37,451 nt of DNA from a virus, in IMG/VR virus record IMGVR_UViG_3300010218_000026, one strand, 5' to 3'. This document shows, in pieces, positions 8,105 to 15,064 of this stretch. Both the position numbers and the translations under genes were made by a program. Each line of letters starts with the position of its first letter. The first letter of the stretch is position 1. Below the pieces are notes generated by a model. It was not told where the DNA came from. It made no database searches and saw only the letters and a program-made list of their open reading frames with translations.

Positions 8105-8382
8105 GATTGCGTCCTCGAAATAACCCACGACAGCAAATCCATCTCGTCGCACTTGAGCTGACGAAGAATGCTGCGGTCTCCGTGAATTCCCCGGCTGCCG
8201 CGGTGGCAGTCAGGGCAAAGCGGCACAGCAAGCCAGTGCTGCGCGCGCTGTGCCATCCCCTGACCTTCGCGAACGTGGTGGATCTCGACGGGCGTATCTT
8301 CTTCGCCGATGCCAAGCAGCGTGCAACAGGCGCAGCCTAGGCGCGCGACCTTGCCGAGATAGGTGGATTCAGCGCGTGTCAT
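8101..8382 (-). CDS. Ref-type HNH nuclease (recombination enhancement function family)
   Basis: YLGKVARLGCACC...EIHHVREGQGMAQRA..VPLCPDCHRGSRGIH matches my memory of the Ref-family Cys/His pattern. Confidence 0.65.
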   Translation of the reverse strand: MTRAESTYLGKVARLGCACCTLLGIGEEDTPVEIHHVREGQGMAQRAQHWLAVPLCPDCHRGSRGIHGDRSILRQLKCDEMDLLSWVISRTQS

Positions 8383-9167
8383 GCTGCCGCCCGTAGCTGG
8401 TTCACTGTTGAGGCAAACGGATTAGCCTCGGCGCGGCGCATGTGATGCCTAGCGCGCGCCCGATGGCGCTCTTGCTCGATTCCTTGCGGCTTCGGACGCG
8501 GCGCATCTTCTCCAGCGCCGAGGCTCCAGCGGCGCGTCGGGGTTCCATTGCGCGGCGCCCAGCTCGAGATATACACAGAGCGGTTTTTCTCAGCGTGGTT
8601 TTCCTTGAGCAGATGAACGACTTGCCGCGAGGTGCATCCGATTGCCTCGGCGAGTTCGATGCTCGTCAGGTCCGGCGTTTCCTTAAGCGTCAGGACAATC
8701 GCTGTCCATATCCATGACGAGAATCCGCGCTTCTTCGTTCCGCGCAGGTGGGAGATGGCACGCTGCACGCCGTAAAGAGTACGGCCCGGGAGTCGATGCA
8801 ACTGCGACTTCACCGTTTTCCCGCTCCATTTGATCTCCCGCAGGATCTTCTTTTCAGCCGGGCTGAAATTCTTGCCGCGGCGCGATTCCGGCTCGGGCTT
8901 TTTAGCCGGGGGGCGCTCCCTCACCAGGACGCGCGCCGCATCAACGCCCTTTCCGTGAGCGTAGAGCTTCACCTTCCTGTTTCCGCCAAGCGGACTAGGC
9001 CCGAAGGAATCGACGTGGATCATGCCGGCGCTATGAGCCAGTCGGATGTATTTATCGACTGACTGCCTGAAATCCCCCGTCAACTCAGTCAATCGGTTCG
9101 GCGATACCGGGCCGTGCTTCTCGATCAAGGCAACGATCTCTTGGATTTTCCTTTGCGGCTTAGCCAT
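8379..9167 (-). CDS. DNA-binding protein with two winged-helix-like segments and a basic linker (262 aa)
   Basis: Start trimmed to MAKPQRKIQEIVALIEKHGPVSPNRLTELTG. A second HTH-like block is TSIELAEAIGCTSRQVVHLLK. Function is unknown. Confidence 0.6.
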   Translation of the reverse strand: MAKPQRKIQEIVALIEKHGPVSPNRLTELTGDFRQSVDKYIRLAHSAGMIHVDSFGPSPLGGNRKVKLYAHGKGVDAARVLVRERPPAKKPEPESRRGKNFSPAEKKILREIKWSGKTVKSQLHRLPGRTLYGVQRAISHLRGTKKRGFSSWIWTAIVLTLKETPDLTSIELAEAIGCTSRQVVHLLKENHAEKNRSVYISSWAPRNGTPTRRWSLGAGEDAPRPKPQGIEQERHRARARHHMRRAEANPFASTVNQLRAAA

Positions 9168-9627
9168 GTTTTGACTCCGAATAATGCTGCATCGCATGTG
9201 TTGGGCCGATCACCTTCGCCGTTGGAACTGCCAACGGAATCCGCTTCGGCTGGCCGATGTCTTTCGTAGCGTCAATCAGCATGCGCTCAAGCCGCATAAG
9301 CCATGCGCGCGTTCCACCAGCCTTTTTGTCCTGCTCGCCCATCAGAAGGTCTTTTCGGTCGCAGCGGATAAGGCGCTCCTGGATCATTCGATAAGCATCT
9401 GGCACGTCGTAGAAAGACGAGTAATGCTTGCGAATGTCGAGCGTCGATTGAACGATCGGCGCCAGGTCATCGCCACGCAGTTCCTGTGAGATAGCGTCGT
9501 TCACAGAGGACGGCTTATTGACGTGGCAAAAGCAGTACCAGCGACCGTCGCTTCCAATCGATCCCAGCAAAGGACATCCGTACGCCGCGCACATGCCCCA
9601 AGGGCGGCCTTCATTTACTTCGTTCAT
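9160..9627 (-). CDS. Hypothetical Cys/His-rich protein (155 aa)
   Basis: Start trimmed to the ATG at 9627 (ATGA overlap with the replication gene stop). It carries a CAAYGCP...WYCFCH cluster. Confidence 0.6.
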   Translation of the reverse strand: MNEVNEGRPWGMCAAYGCPLLGSIGSDGRWYCFCHVNKPSSVNDAISQELRGDDLAPIVQSTLDIRKHYSSFYDVPDAYRMIQERLIRCDRKDLLMGEQDKKAGGTRAWLMRLERMLIDATKDIGQPKRIPLAVPTAKVIGPTHAMQHYSESKHG

Positions 9628-10460
9628 GCTGCGTGCTCCTGTTGCTGAATGACGGCCCTGCAACGCTCCGCCAACGTGGAATGCGTCTCGCCTGCCCGCG
9701 GGTAGATGCCAAGCTCAGATGCCTTACGCTCGATACCGGCCGGCGAGCGATCCCAGTTATCGAATTTCGGTTTTGCAGGGGAAACGCCGGTGAGCTTCAC
9801 CTGAGCCGCCTGGCTCTTCCAGCCCTCGAGCTTTTTCAGAACGTAGCCAATCGAGACTGCTTCATTCGGCTTGGACTCCCTCGTTTCCTTGCAGCAAGCC
9901 TCCAGCGTTTCCAGATCAACGCCCTGCTCAGCAAGAGCGATAACGCTCGGGTGACTCGGATTCGAATTGATTGAGTACTTGCGAAGCACGATTGAAATTT
10001 GCGCAGGCATGCTCGGTGTATGTGTTGTTTCTTCTCTTTCTCTTTCTCTTTCTCTAGCTAACGCATCTGTAACTTCGTCATCGACTTTCTGTAACGCTGT
10101 CTGCGTTACATCAGCGTTACCTCGATGATTTGCAACTCGCTTTGCAGTAACGGCGCGCTTCTTCGCGGAGGCTCCGTTGTGTTCCTCGAAACGACAAAGA
10201 GCAACGCCTTGAGGATCGTCGGATAGCCACCCGATCTGGATTAAGGCGCTAGCGAACCCCGCAATCCCAGTCTTGCGGTCTATCGAGCGAGCGGACAACC
10301 CGGGCATGCATCCATCTTCGGAATGCTGGTCAGCGGTAGCCCATAGCCAATACAACCCGCCGACGATGACGGCCTCACTGGTGTCAGTGAGATCACATAG
10401 ACGCGCAACCCTAGGGTCATCCCAAAGGTTGCTGCGCATCTTGATCCAGTCACCGGCCAT
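9624..10460 (-). CDS. Replication initiation / replisome organiser protein
   Basis: The N-terminus WIKMRSNLWDDPRVARL...GGLYWLWATAD resembles the phage replisome-organiser N-terminal domain. There is a central (RE)n linker. It sits downstream of the cro/CII-like genes. Confidence 0.7.
   Translation of the reverse strand: MAGDWIKMRSNLWDDPRVARLCDLTDTSEAVIVGGLYWLWATADQHSEDGCMPGLSARSIDRKTGIAGFASALIQIGWLSDDPQGVALCRFEEHNGASAKKRAVTAKRVANHRGNADVTQTALQKVDDEVTDALAREREREREETTHTPSMPAQISIVLRKYSINSNPSHPSVIALAEQGVDLETLEACCKETRESKPNEAVSIGYVLKKLEGWKSQAAQVKLTGVSPAKPKFDNWDRSPAGIERKASELGIYPRAGETHSTLAERCRAVIQQQEHAA
10032..10152. repeat. ori-like cluster inside the replication gene: (TTCTCT)x4 tract plus GTAACGC/GCGTTAC iterons
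   Basis: A perfect hexamer x4 lies at 10032..10055. GTAACG(C) or its complement occurs at 10059, 10069 (GTAAC only), 10091, 10103, 10114 and 10147, with 11-12 bp spacing among the central three. Confidence 0.5.
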
Positions 10461-10461
10461 G

Positions 10462-10542
10462 TCAGTTCCTAAGCAACTTCCAGCAGCCCAATGCGCAAAT
10501 CACAAAGAGCCCAACCATCCAGAGCGAAATGAAGTCGCTCAC
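10462..10542 (-). CDS. Micro-ORF, 26-aa TM peptide (VSDFISLWMVGLFVICALGCWKLLRN)
   Basis: The GTG start overlaps the upstream stop (GTGA), and the stop lies 1 nt before the replication gene ATG. The core is hydrophobic. Confidence 0.3.
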   Translation of the reverse strand: MSDFISLWMVGLFVICALGCWKLLRN

Positions 10543-10931
10543 GCTGCGCTCCGCTCGAGCATCGCGATACGTGCATGCAAGCGCGCGATCTGCTCGGCCG
10601 GCGACTCGATCAACTCCGCAAGTTGGTTCTTGCGCATTTCCGCGTACTGGCTGATTGCCCAGTTCGAGCAAAGATGCTGAAGAATCAATTCCTGATCGGT
10701 CGTCAGATAGCCCTGACCGTTCTTCACCTTCGTCAGGTGCGGGGCCGCAAAGCCCAGGTATTCCGCGATCTCGCCCTCACGAATACGGCGAACGCGCTTG
10801 TCGAGACAGAGCCGAATAGCGTCGCCGTAGTCCTCGCAGGTCTCGACCAATCCGCTATCCAGATGCCGAGGCTTGGGGATCTCCATCAGCACCGGCAAAG
10901 CCAGTTGCATGAGGTCATTGAAATTTTTCAT
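10539..10931 (-). CDS. HTH regulatory protein in the CII position (130 aa)
   Basis: HTH-like EGEIAEYLGFAAPHLTKVKNGQ and a coiled C-terminus. It is the second gene of the early-right operon. Confidence 0.55.
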   Translation of the reverse strand: MKNFNDLMQLALPVLMEIPKPRHLDSGLVETCEDYGDAIRLCLDKRVRRIREGEIAEYLGFAAPHLTKVKNGQGYLTTDQELILQHLCSNWAISQYAEMRKNQLAELIESPAEQIARLHARIAMLERSAA

Positions 10932-10985
10932 CGGTATTAACCGTTGTTGGCTGTTGCGTTAACTGTTGCAACGCAGCGAAATTTT

Positions 10986-11001
10986 AGGGGTCCTAAGACC
11001 C
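10986..11001 (-). terminator. Hairpin between the cro-like and CII-like genes (tR1-like, weak)
   Basis: ggggtc-ttag-gacccc followed by taaaattt on the minus strand. Confidence 0.3.
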
Positions 11002-11020
11002 CCAAAGAAAAATGAAAAAC

Positions 11021-11311
11021 TCAAGCAACCATCTTGGCGAGCTTTTCGCCGCCGCTTGTGCCGCCCACTGGTGGCTGAACGTCGTCGCTGGCTTTCGCGC
11101 GATCGACGATATTGCTGGGCGGCCAGCCGACCAACTCTTCGCGGTTCTCGCCAGTCAGCTCGGAGAGCAAAATGCATCTGTCGGCCGGGACGCGGCCGCG
11201 CTTGATCCAATCCTGAACCGCCTGGTAAGAGACGCCCATTTGCCGCGCCATATCGGCAATGGAGTCGAACTTGGCGACGGCTCGCTTGAGTGCAGGGTTC
11301 TTCTTGCTCAT
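11021..11311 (-). CDS. cro: Cro-like / YdaS-type HTH repressor (96 aa)
   Basis: HTH IADMARQMGVSYQAVQDWIKRGRVP. It is divergent from the CI-like gene across an operator-bearing 110-bp region. Confidence 0.7.
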   Translation of the reverse strand: MSKKNPALKRAVAKFDSIADMARQMGVSYQAVQDWIKRGRVPADRCILLSELTGENREELVGWPPSNIVDRAKASDDVQPPVGGTSGGEKLAKMVA

Positions 11312-11344
11312 GGCTTATGTCAGAGGTTGTTGAATCTGAAACCC

Positions 11345-11374
11345 ATCTTAGCACAAGCGTGGCTTGTACCACAA
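11345..11374 (-). promoter_or_regulatory. PR-like promoter candidate
   Basis: The minus strand reads TTGTGG, an 18-nt spacer, then TAAGAT. The palindromic operator lies in the spacer. The -10 element ends 33 nt upstream of the cro-like ATG. Confidence 0.4.
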
Positions 11375-11407
11375 GAAACATTTCAATTGCCACAAGGTTT
11401 CCCTGTG
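11352..11407. promoter_or_regulatory. OR-like operator cluster (17-bp sites CACAAG-N5-CTTGTG)
   Basis: CACAAGcgtggCTTGTA lies at 11352..11368 and CACAAGgtttcCCTGTG at 11391..11407. A weaker site with only the CACAAG half lies at 11370..11386. Confidence 0.55.
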
Positions 11408-11421
11408 GAGAAAATGGCGCC

Positions 11422-11928
11422 ATGAACTTCCATAAACGTCTGAGGAAACTGCAAGCTGATAACGGCCTGACTTTCAAGGCCATAGCCGACGCATGCTCGG
11501 TCAGCTATCAGACGGTGCAGCAGTGGGCGAAAGAAGACGGGACATTCCCGAAGATAGAAAACCTGGAGCCGCTTGCCGGCGTGCTAAAAACAACGCCCTG
11601 GTTCCTTCTCTTTGGAATTCATGCAGGCGGCGAATCAGCGAATAGAGACCCTTTCCCCCCTCTGTCCGACGAAGCGGAAGATCTGATTCAGTGTGTCATG
11701 CACCTGGACAGGGGCGATTCTTACAGCAGAAAGTTATTCGAAGCGACTAAGGGTTTACTGCTACTCGCGTTGCAGGACAAACGGCCGGAAGATGCACAAG
11801 CGGGACTTGATTTGCCTACTCTTACAGCTCAGCGCCTCGAGCAGGGAGAAAAGCAAGCGCAAGAAATACTGGCCCGCGACCTTCCATCCGGGGAAAAGCA
11901 TGAGCCACCAAAGCGCCGCGGTCATTGA
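11422..11928 (+). CDS. cI: CI-like repressor (XRE-family HTH, 168 aa, no S24 peptidase domain)
   Basis: Start trimmed to the ATG at 11422, with GGAG 11 nt upstream. HTH LTFKAIADACSVSYQTVQQWAKEDG. The C-terminal 100 aa lack the Ala-Gly and Ser...Lys LexA-type motifs. Confidence 0.75.
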   Translation: MNFHKRLRKLQADNGLTFKAIADACSVSYQTVQQWAKEDGTFPKIENLEPLAGVLKTTPWFLLFGIHAGGESANRDPFPPLSDEAEDLIQCVMHLDRGDSYSRKLFEATKGLLLLALQDKRPEDAQAGLDLPTLTAQRLEQGEKQAQEILARDLPSGEKHEPPKRRGH

Positions 11929-12067
11929 TCTGGAAACATACAGACGGGCACGCATACCTGAGAGCAACACCAAACGAGAAGCCAAGGAAGACCCACTACA
12001 TTTAACCGCCGAACTCGCCTGGCATCTTCTCCAGGCGATCCAGGTCGTCAAAAAACTCCCCCACTGA
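11900..12067 (+). CDS. Hypothetical 55-aa protein overlapping the 3' end of cI
   Basis: The ATG at 11900 is preceded by gggga. It ends 6 nt before a strong terminator, at the position of rex/sie-type genes. Below the ORF-track cutoff from this start. Confidence 0.4.
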   Translation: MSHQSAAVIDLETYRRARIPESNTKREAKEDPLHLTAELAWHLLQAIQVVKKLPH

Positions 12068-12073
12068 TAACCC

Positions 12074-12097
12074 TCCCGCTTCGGCGGGATTTTTTTC
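12074..12097 (+). terminator. Rho-independent terminator of the immunity transcript
   Basis: tcccgc-ttcg-gcggga followed by an 8-nt T run (ttttttt after a). Confidence 0.8.
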
Positions 12098-12106
12098 GCT
12101 CTCTCG

Positions 12107-12147
12107 CACAGTTTTTACTTGCGTCACAGTTTCTTCTTGTGTACAGT
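12107..12147 (+). promoter_or_regulatory. PL-like promoter with two OL-like operators
   Basis: -35 TTGCGT (12119..12124), a 17-nt spacer, -10 TACAGT (12142..12147). The spacer is CACAGtttcttCTTGTG (12125..12141), and a second site CACAGtttttaCTTGCG lies at 12107..12123. Both resemble the OR sites. Confidence 0.5.
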
Positions 12148-12192
12148 ACTCACATCAGCAACACCACACCACGCAACTCTGTGAGGCGCGAA

Positions 12193-12339
12193 ATGAACTT
12201 CCACCGGCTGCATACCGTGATCGTCCTTCTGGCTAATGCCTACCTCGAAATTGCCTGTCCGAACATGGAGCAGCCGGAAATGCGCCGTCACTGGCTGATG
12301 CGTCGGACGGTGGACTATCGCAACGTCTGCTGGTGCTAA
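12193..12339 (+). CDS. Hypothetical 48-aa leader ORF (MNFHRLHTVIVLLANAYLEIACPNMEQ...)
   Basis: GAGG lies 6 nt upstream. High GC3. The stop sits just before the AGGAGA SD of the next gene. Confidence 0.35.
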   Translation: MNFHRLHTVIVLLANAYLEIACPNMEQPEMRRHWLMRRTVDYRNVCWC

Positions 12340-12349
12340 GGAGAGCGAC

Positions 12350-12568
12350 ATGGAACTCGAAAAAAGCGGAAAGATTGCCGCAAATATCCGCCAGTTGATT
12401 GCGGAGCTGGAGCGTCAGGTCAAAGAGCAATCGCACGAGAACACGACTGAATTCCGCGTCGTTATCACGCACGAAGGCGCGCAGGTTTCGCAGATCACTA
12501 GCGGCCCCGAGTACCTGCGCTCGAACGGGTTGACGGCCACGAACCTTCGCGGCGAACGGATCGTTTAG
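12350..12568 (+). CDS. Hypothetical protein (72 aa)
   Basis: Strong SD aaggagagcgacATG. ORF-track ORF. Confidence 0.65.
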   Translation: MELEKSGKIAANIRQLIAELERQVKEQSHENTTEFRVVITHEGAQVSQITSGPEYLRSNGLTATNLRGERIV

Positions 12569-12577
12569 GAGCCAATC

Positions 12578-12952
12578 ATGAGCACACTGAACTACTGCGC
12601 AAAGCAAGCCACGGCGATGGCTGATTTCGCCACCGAGAGCGCCAAGTCAAAGATGGACAGCTCTATCGACTCCGAGGAATCACGCGAGGAAATGATCGCG
12701 GCGCGCACTCAGGAGCTGATCGTCAAGCGCATGGTGGAAATGGCGCCCATCGACATTGTTGCTGGCCTGCAAGGTGCGAATGAAGGCGCGGCAGCAGTGA
12801 TGCGGACTCATCTGCTGTCGGGAAACATGGAAGTGTTCGGTGTCATGGCGCGCGCTCTGGTGCATCTGCACATCGAGCAGGACTCCGAGATTATGGCGCG
12901 CGACTGGATGGACAAGATTGATGCAGAAGTTGCCAGGTGGGGTGCGCAATGA
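12578..12952 (+). CDS. Hypothetical protein (124 aa)
   Basis: SD aggagccaatcATG. ORF-track ORF. Confidence 0.65.
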   Translation: MSTLNYCAKQATAMADFATESAKSKMDSSIDSEESREEMIAARTQELIVKRMVEMAPIDIVAGLQGANEGAAAVMRTHLLSGNMEVFGVMARALVHLHIEQDSEIMARDWMDKIDAEVARWGAQ

Positions 12953-13107
12953 AAAAGCCTCTTGCTGGAAAGCGTGCCTTCGAAGCTAGGGGACGCCGCG
13001 CGCAAGGTCTCGGGCTTCCGCTCACGATGCGCGGTAAAGGTAACTGGCCGAATTGGGCGATCGCTGCTTACGGACGCGGGTACGCAATGAACGGAGCGTT
13101 GAAATGA
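12949..13107 (+). CDS. Micro-ORF, 52 aa, basic (MKKPLAGKRAFEARGRRAQGLGLPLTMRGKGNWPNW...)
   Basis: ATGA overlaps at both ends link it into the operon. Below the ORF-track cutoff. Confidence 0.4.
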   Translation: MKKPLAGKRAFEARGRRAQGLGLPLTMRGKGNWPNWAIAAYGRGYAMNGALK

Positions 13108-13181
13108 TCCCCCTCGGCTACTTCCTTGCCTATTGCTTAATGGCTGCGCCCTTCATCGCTCTGGTGCGAGGTGGGGAATGA
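13104..13181 (+). CDS. Micro-ORF, 25-aa TM peptide (MIPLGYFLAYCLMAAPFIALVRGGE)
   Basis: ATGA overlaps at both ends and a hydrophobic core. Confidence 0.35.
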   Translation: MIPLGYFLAYCLMAAPFIALVRGGE

Positions 13182-13465
13182 GCGATTACTCAAGACTTGT
13201 CACGAGCGCTGAAGTCTACGCCGTGATCATGGCGCGCCACCGCGATCAGATGTCTGCATTCGGTTCTTTCAGCGATCCCGATGGCACGTTCAATGGTGGC
13301 TCTGGCGAAGTCGGCCGGATGGACACAATTTGGGGAATCGCAGGCTGCGATTATCCGATTCTGGAAATTCAGACGCGATGGGATATTGATCCGGAGCAGC
13401 CTCATAAACGCATCAACCAGAAGCATTCCTATTTTCTGCTGATGGCGGAAAAGGATGAATCGTGA
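13178..13465 (+). CDS. Hypothetical protein (95 aa)
   Basis: Start trimmed to the ATG at 13178 (ATGA overlap): MSDYSRLVTSAEVYAV... Confidence 0.6.
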   Translation: MSDYSRLVTSAEVYAVIMARHRDQMSAFGSFSDPDGTFNGGSGEVGRMDTIWGIAGCDYPILEIQTRWDIDPEQPHKRINQKHSYFLLMAEKDES

Positions 13466-13605
13466 ACATCGAACCGCATTCCGATCTGCGCGGAGCCGAT
13501 GCACTGATTCTGGCGTGGGCTGCTCTGTTCGGTGCGTGCTTCTCGACGCTGCTGCTGATTTCGTTTTTCGGCGACCGCTTTCTCAACTCACTTTGCCGGG
13601 GCTGA
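13462..13605 (+). CDS. Micro-ORF, 47-aa TM peptide (..ADALILAWAALFGACFSTLLLISFFGDRF..)
   Basis: The GTG start overlaps the upstream stop (GTGA). The core is hydrophobic. The next ATG follows 1 nt after its stop. Confidence 0.35.
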   Translation: MNIEPHSDLRGADALILAWAALFGACFSTLLLISFFGDRFLNSLCRG

Positions 13606-13606
13606 C

Positions 13607-13690
13607 ATGCGCGCTGCTATCGACTGGAGCATAGCCGTGGTGTGCGGCGTCTTGCTGGCTCTCGCTGGCGTTCACGGGTGGACAACATGA
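13607..13690 (+). CDS. Micro-ORF, 27-aa TM peptide (MRAAIDWSIAVVCGVLLALAGVHGWTT)
   Basis: ATG at 13607, with an ATGA overlap onto the next gene. Confidence 0.35.
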   Translation: MRAAIDWSIAVVCGVLLALAGVHGWTT

Positions 13691-14049
13691 ATGAAGAACT
13701 GAAAGACGCGGAGCGGGAAGCGTTTGAGAATTGCCTGAACGCGGGGACTTTCGACGTTGATCGTGTGAGCGACTTCCACGATTTCGAGATTGAGGCGGCG
13801 TGGAGGGGATGGCAAGCCCGCGCCGCTCTCACCGCCGAAAAGGTGGCGGACGATGCTCGCGACGCAGCCCGCTATAGGTGGCTGCGTCAAAACTGCTTTG
13901 ATTGGGCCGCTCCGGGAGAAGGAGATTCGTTCGATCACATCGAACTGCACTTTGAACATGAGTTGTTGGGACGCGATGACTCAACAGTAGACGAGGCGAT
14001 TGACGCAGAAATCGCCCACAACCATCTCACTGCCGGAGCCAAGTCATGA
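13687..14049 (+). CDS. Ea22-like small protein (120 aa)
   Basis: Start trimmed to 13687 (MNEELKDAEREAFE...). It contains ARYRWLRQ, a motif I associate with Ead/Ea22-like early proteins. Confidence 0.55.
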   Translation: MNEELKDAEREAFENCLNAGTFDVDRVSDFHDFEIEAAWRGWQARAALTAEKVADDARDAARYRWLRQNCFDWAAPGEGDSFDHIELHFEHELLGRDDSTVDEAIDAEIAHNHLTAGAKS

Positions 14050-14183
14050 AGCGCTGGAACGAATTCTCGAATCGCCACCCGCTGCTGTCCATTGTCCTCG
14101 GGTATCTCGTAGTAGTGGCGATAGCGCTGGTACTGCTGCCGGATGACTCGGTGCAGATGGCCGCGGCGATACATAGAACATGA
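14046..14183 (+). CDS. Micro-ORF, 45-aa TM peptide (MKRWNEFSNRHPLLSIVLGYLVVVAIALVLLPDD...)
   Basis: ATGA overlaps at both ends and one clear TM helix. Confidence 0.4.
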   Translation: MKRWNEFSNRHPLLSIVLGYLVVVAIALVLLPDDSVQMAAAIHRT

Positions 14184-15064
14184 ACGCGCGTGATTGGCAC
14201 GCGGCAGACACTTTACAGGCTTACGAGGAGCAGGCAATGGAACTCGCAGAAAAGAACGCTGTGACCGATTACGACATCGTGGAAGAACAGCACCCGACAG
14301 GGATCATGCGCGCGCCGCAGCAGCAGGCTATTTCGACGGTTAGCGCGACGCCGGCCGATCTGTTGCGGATTGCTGTCGAAAGCGGCGCTGACCTAGATCG
14401 TCTCGAGCGGTTGATGGCTCTCCAGGAGCGCTGGGAGGCATCGGAGGCGAAGAAAGCATTCCATGTCGCTATGTCCTCATTCAAATCTGAGCCGGTGGAG
14501 ATATTCAAGCGCAAGCAAGTCGGCTATACCACCAAAGACGGCGACTTTGTTGGCTACAAGCATGCTGAACTTTCAGACGTAGCGGATGCCGTCGGTCCGG
14601 CTATGGCGAAGCATGATCTTTCGTATCGCTGGGACGTGAGGCAGGAAAGCGGTCAGATCACTGTGACTTGCATCGTTACGCATGTCCGCGGTCATTCAGA
14701 ATCAGTCGTGATGAGTGCGGCGCCTGACAGCTCGGGGAAAAAGAATCCGATCCAGCAGGTTGCATCGGCAATCAGCTATTTGCAGCGCTACACCCTTCTT
14801 TCTGTGACTGGTATGGCAACGAAGGGAATGGATGACGACGGCGGGAAAGCAGACCAAACGGCCGATGAACTGGAAGCGCAAGCCAAGGCGCAAGCCGCTG
14901 TTGATGATTGGATTTCCAAGGTGAAATCCTCAAATACGGAGCAGGCCGTTCGAGATACATGGAAGATTGCGGCGCCTGCGCTTCATCCGTTCGGAAAGGA
15001 TGCACATCAGGCCGTGAAAAGCGCTGTCGAAAGCAAGATCGCTGACTTCAAGGCGGCTCAATGA
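14180..15064 (+). CDS. erf: ERF-family single-strand annealing protein
   Basis: 294 aa. The central block FVGYKHAELSDVADAVGPAMAKHDLSYRWDV..ITVTCIVTH..GHSE and the ISYLQRYTLL motif match my recollection of P22 Erf-like proteins. It is paired with an exonuclease gene. Confidence 0.7.
   Translation: MNARDWHAADTLQAYEEQAMELAEKNAVTDYDIVEEQHPTGIMRAPQQQAISTVSATPADLLRIAVESGADLDRLERLMALQERWEASEAKKAFHVAMSSFKSEPVEIFKRKQVGYTTKDGDFVGYKHAELSDVADAVGPAMAKHDLSYRWDVRQESGQITVTCIVTHVRGHSESVVMSAAPDSSGKKNPIQQVASAISYLQRYTLLSVTGMATKGMDDDGGKADQTADELEAQAKAQAAVDDWISKVKSSNTEQAVRDTWKIAAPALHPFGKDAHQAVKSAVESKIADFKAAQ

Noticed and set aside
10032-10055. The hexamer repeat as a CRISPR-like or VNTR array
   Set aside because: There are only four 6-nt units, in frame within a gene, with no spacers. 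It is interpreted as a linker or ori-associated tract. No CRISPR array exists anywhere in the window.
10959-11483. 174-aa minus-strand ORF and 137-aa plus-strand ORF spanning the cro-like gene and the operator region
   Set aside because: The 96-aa frame (11021..11311) carries a recognisable HTH and ends or starts at sensible signals. The longer frames would run through the operator and promoter region and are R/S-rich.
14237-15064. Alternative downstream start (MELAEKNAV...) for the Erf-like gene
   Set aside because: This start is possible, but the ATG at 14180 forms an ATGA overlap with the preceding micro-ORF, like most junctions in this operon. The longer form was therefore kept, and the start remains uncertain.
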